DNA from: an uncultured Desulfarculaceae bacterium
GTDB taxonomy: Bacteria; Desulfobacterota; Desulfarculia; Desulfarculales; Desulfarculaceae
DNA: 51,446 bases
Direction: 5' to 3'
Assembly: GCA_937908275.1 (NCBI GenBank)
Contig: CALERA010000017.1
Location: 1-51,446, forward strand
Below, in pieces: positions 48,341 to 51,446 of the stretch. How positions within the stretch are numbered: the first letter of the stretch is position 1; each line of letters begins with the position of its first letter. The notes under the pieces are model-generated. The model did no database searches. It saw nothing but the letters and a program-made list of their open reading frames with translations, and was not told the origin of the DNA. The translations under genes and the position numbers were made by a program.

Positions 48341-48396
48341 GGGGAGCCCTTTTGGCCGGGCCAAGAGGGCTCCCCACGCCCCCGCCTAAAAAGACT
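48341..48396 (+). repeat. Palindromic repeat element, copy C (diverged)
   Basis: GGGGAGCCCTTTTGGCC-g-GGCCAAGAGGGCTCCCC followed by acgcccccgcctaaaaagact. Same layout as copies A and B. Confidence 0.65.
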
Positions 48397-48434
48397 AAGG
48401 CCAAACGGTTCGCGCCGTTTGGCCTTTCGCTTTT
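48397..48434 (+). terminator. Intrinsic terminator after iorAB
   Basis: Stem aaggccaaacgg/ccgtttggcctt followed by tcgctttt. Confidence 0.75.
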
Positions 48435-48487
48435 GGCCCTGAATTTATTCTGTTGTCCCGGGCAAGAGGGGAGGCAGGACGCCGGCC

Positions 48488-49711
48488 CTACTGCGCGCGG
48501 CCTATCTCCCGCTTCAGCAGGTCCTGGAACTCCGGCGGCGGGCAGGTATTGAGCGAGACTCCCAACTGGTAGGCCTCGGGCTGGGCCAGGCCGTTGCTCA
48601 CCCGCACCACCTGGCCCCGCACCTGGATTTGCATGTGGTGTTGAGGCAGGTCCAGGACCACCTCCAGGGGATGGCCGGGCTCCAGGTGGGCGTAGGTGAT
48701 CAACCCCAGGCCCGCGAGGCTGGCGTCCACGGTCTGGGCGGGAAAGTCTTGGCGTGAATGCGAACCGGCCCGCAAACTGCGCAAGCAGGCCGGGGCCGTG
48801 AGTGGCACCCGGCGATGACGCCGGCGGTCGGGTTCCGCGCCCACCACCCGGTTCCGGCCCATATGCTTGGCCTGATACAGGGCTTGGTCAGCCTTGGCGA
48901 TCAGGCCCAGGGCGTCGCTGGCGTCATCGGGAAATCCGGCCACGCCGATGCTCACCGTGATTTGGATCTCCGACGCGTCATTGGCGCCGGGGAAGAGGCG
49001 CTGGGCTATGGTCTGGCGGTGGCGCTGGGCCACGGTCAGGGCTTGTGTCTTGCTGGCTTGGGGAAGGATGATGACGAACTCCTCCCCGCCATAGCGCACC
49101 ACGTAATCGATGTCACGGGCTCCCGCCTGCAACAGCCGGGCAATCGCGGTCAGGGCCTTGTCCCCGGCCAGATGACCCCAGCAGTCATTGAACTCCTTGA
49201 AGTGGTCCAGGTCCAGCATCATCAGCGAGAATTCCTGGTCGTAGCGCTGGGCCGAGGCCAGTTGCTTGACCAGGACGCTGTTGAGGAAGCGGCGGTTGAA
49301 CAGACCGGTCAACTCGTCGATGATGGCGTTGCGCTCTTTCTGGGCCAGGAGCGAACCCTCCACCAGCAGGGCCTGTTTCACCTCGGGCTGGATGTTGATG
49401 AAATAGTCGGCCAGGGCCGCCCGCAGGCCCACGTCCCGGCCCAAGGCCTGGTTCAGGGTTTGGCGGTGGGTCAACACTCCTTGCCAATAGCGCCGGGCCT
49501 GATCTGGTCCGAAGTCCTTGCGGGTGAGGAGATAAAGGATTTCGCGCGGGAGTTGCGGGCCGTAGCGATTTTCCAAATCCGTCCAATAAGCCGGATCCTG
49601 ATTGCCTGGATCCTGCTCGGCGGAGCGGAAGACCTTCAGCCAATCGGTTTGGGTCGTACCATCGGGCCAGGGGGGCATGCTGTCATCCCACAGTTGGGGG
49701 TGATTAGCCAA
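48488..49711 (-). CDS. Diguanylate cyclase (GGEEF) with a C-terminal PilZ domain
   Basis: DELTGLFNRR, DLDHFK.FND, the RDID I-site and RYGGEEF. PilZ motifs RRRHRR and DASLAG. The start is uncertain. Confidence 0.9.
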   Translation of the reverse strand: MANHPQLWDDSMPPWPDGTTQTDWLKVFRSAEQDPGNQDPAYWTDLENRYGPQLPREILYLLTRKDFGPDQARRYWQGVLTHRQTLNQALGRDVGLRAALADYFINIQPEVKQALLVEGSLLAQKERNAIIDELTGLFNRRFLNSVLVKQLASAQRYDQEFSLMMLDLDHFKEFNDCWGHLAGDKALTAIARLLQAGARDIDYVVRYGGEEFVIILPQASKTQALTVAQRHRQTIAQRLFPGANDASEIQITVSIGVAGFPDDASDALGLIAKADQALYQAKHMGRNRVVGAEPDRRRHRRVPLTAPACLRSLRAGSHSRQDFPAQTVDASLAGLGLITYAHLEPGHPLEVVLDLPQHHMQIQVRGQVVRVSNGLAQPEAYQLGVSLNTCPPPEFQDLLKREIGRAQ

Positions 49712-50109
49712 ACGCAGGATTTAATCACAGCCGGTGGAAGCATATATATGCCCACCGGCCCAGGCGACCCACTCTGCGCCCGCCAAGATAATGGGAGAAA
49801 TTTAGCTAGGGGAGGCCGGTTTAGTCAAGTGAAATAATAAAAATTGAATTAATAGTAATAGTTGCACTGGGTGGGTCGCGCGGGTCCACAAAGCCACAAC
49901 TGCAATATCCGGGCGGATATTTCCGATAACGTCTAGGTGAACACCCCGGGAGACGGTCCGAGCCATTGGTCCGGAAAAGTGTGCGCAATCAGCCAGAAAA
50001 GGACGTAGGTCTGTGAAGCCTGCTGGCCTGGCTGGCGGCGGCCGCGCGTCCGAACCTGGTCCAACCAAATCGACCCCGGCGCTCCAGCTGGAACTGGCCA
50101 GGAGGGGCG

Positions 50110-51405
50110 TTAGTCACCCTCCAACCGGACCCGCACCGCCAGGGCGTGCACCGGCAGGCCCTCGGCCGTGGCCAGGGTCTGCACCGTGGGGGCCAGGCCG
50201 GCCAGGCCTTCGCGGGTCAGGTACTGGAAGGTGGGCTTCTTGATGAAGTCGTCCACCGAAAGCCCGCTGAAGCACAGCGCGCCCTGGGCCGTGGGCAGCA
50301 CGTGGTTGGTGCCGCTGGCATAGTCGCCCACCGGCACCGGGGCCCAGGGGCCCATGAAGATGCTGCCGGCGTGGCGGATCTGTTGCAGGGTCAGGAAGGG
50401 CTCGGCGGTGACGATCTGCAAATGCTCGGGCGCGTACTCGTTGCTGAAGTCCACGGCCTGGTCCATGTCCCGGGCCACCAGCACCGCGCAATAGCGCCCG
50501 GCCTTTTCGATGATCTCGCGTCGGGGCAGGCCGGGCAGCAGCCGGGCCACCTCGTCGCAGACCGCCTGGGCCAGGGCCGCGTCGTCGGTGACCAGCACCG
50601 CGGCCGAGTCCGGGTCGTGCTCCACCTGGGAGAGGAAGTCCAGGGCCAGGTGCTTGGGGTTGGCGCTGGCGTCGGCCAGGAGCAGGGCCTCGGAGGGACC
50701 GGCCGGGGAGTCGATGTCCACCAGGCCGAAGACCTGCATCTTGGCCGCGGTGACGTACTTGTTGCCCGGCCCCACGATCTTGTGCACCCTGGGCACCGCG
50801 CCGGTGCCCAGGGCCAGGCTGCCCACCGCCCAGGGGCCGCCCAGCTTGTAGATCTCGTGCGCCCCGGCGATGTCGCAGGCCACCAGGGTGTTGGGGTTCA
50901 TGGCCATGCCTTCCAAAGGCGGGGTGCAGACCGCCACCCGCCGCACCCCGGCCACCACCGCCGGCAGCACCGTCATCAAGGCGGTGGAGGGATAGGCGGC
51001 CCGGCCGCCGGGCACGTAACAGCCCACCGCGTCCAGGGGGGTGGACTTGCGGCCGGCCAGGATGCCCGGGGCCACCTCCATCTGCCACTGGGGCCGCTCC
51101 AACTGGGCGGCGTGGAAGGCCCGGATGTTGGCCGCCGCGCTTTTGAGCGCGGCCACGATCTCGGCCGGCACCTGCTGGTAGGCGGCGGTGATCTCCTCCG
51201 GGGTGACCCTGAGCTCCTCGGCGGTCAGGTCGGGCTTCAGGCGGCGATGCTCGGCCAGGTTGGCCTGGTCGCCGCTGCGGCGGATATCGTCGAGGATGCC
51301 GCGCACCCGCTCGTAGACGTCGGAGACATCCTCCAGGGAGCGGCGCAGGAGCTCCTGCCGGCGGGCGGGCGTCAGGTCGTCAAGGCGCTGGGGAACAAGT
51401 CGCAT
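50110..51405 (-). CDS. hisD: Histidinol dehydrogenase
   Basis: Motifs [29 protein letters not shown] and [13 protein letters not shown]. Confidence 0.95.
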   Translation of the reverse strand: MRLVPQRLDDLTPARRQELLRRSLEDVSDVYERVRGILDDIRRSGDQANLAEHRRLKPDLTAEELRVTPEEITAAYQQVPAEIVAALKSAAANIRAFHAAQLERPQWQMEVAPGILAGRKSTPLDAVGCYVPGGRAAYPSTALMTVLPAVVAGVRRVAVCTPPLEGMAMNPNTLVACDIAGAHEIYKLGGPWAVGSLALGTGAVPRVHKIVGPGNKYVTAAKMQVFGLVDIDSPAGPSEALLLADASANPKHLALDFLSQVEHDPDSAAVLVTDDAALAQAVCDEVARLLPGLPRREIIEKAGRYCAVLVARDMDQAVDFSNEYAPEHLQIVTAEPFLTLQQIRHAGSIFMGPWAPVPVGDYASGTNHVLPTAQGALCFSGLSVDDFIKKPTFQYLTREGLAGLAPTVQTLATAEGLPVHALAVRVRLEGD

Positions 51406-51446
51406 CGATGGTCCTTTTCGCTGGGGGCGCGTCCAGGCATGGATTA

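Noticed and set aside
45749-48364. Long antisense ORFs (also 1226..2860, 4511..6235, 8382..10955, 16217..18022, 22211..24202, 34857..36914)
   Set aside because: They mirror well-supported genes, which is expected in high-GC DNA, and show no recognisable motifs.
49712-50109. c-di-GMP riboswitch upstream of the GGDEF gene (also checked upstream of HD-GYP)
   Set aside because: I could not identify the GEMM consensus elements by eye.
50110-51405. HpsN (sulfopropanediol dehydrogenase) instead of HisD
   Set aside because: The GPSE and GDY..G.NH motifs fit HisD, and no sulfonate genes are nearby.

Overview
GC-rich chromosomal window from an anaerobic bacterium. Gene content and order suggest a deltaproteobacterial (Desulfobacterota, possibly Desulfarculus-like) organism, which is an inference. 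Left to right it carries: a branched-chain amino acid cluster (ilvD partial, ilvB, ilvN, ilvC, leuC, leuD, an archaeal-like leuB); an acetyl-CoA hydrolase/transferase-GNAT fusion; a minus-strand redox cluster (double-cubane-cluster protein, two iron-sulfur flavoproteins, a Cys-rich CRP/FNR regulator, an NCS2 permease); the rpsF-rpsR-DUF2232-rplI-dnaB-hflX block; NUDIX, TPR, mtaB and a class I aminotransferase; HD-GYP, YkgJ, a heme-c sensor kinase, rseC and usp; an atypical rnfCDGEAB-apbE operon with two-component genes; a cupin and DegT pair; iorAB; a GGDEF-PilZ protein; and hisD. I saw no CRISPR array, rRNA, tRNA, transposase or prophage. The most notable signals are: (1) an unannotated Phe/Tyr-rich leader peptide with promoter, antiterminator and terminator ahead of the aminotransferase; (2) an identical 19-bp GTA-N8-TAC operator at class II spacing before both flavoprotein genes, matching the NtcA-like recognition helix of the adjacent regulator; (3) an Rnf variant whose RnfC lacks the NADH/FMN motifs while RnfB is fused to an NADPH/FAD oxidoreductase; (4) a covarying palindromic repeat family, with two inverted copies bracketing a core between leuC and leuD.
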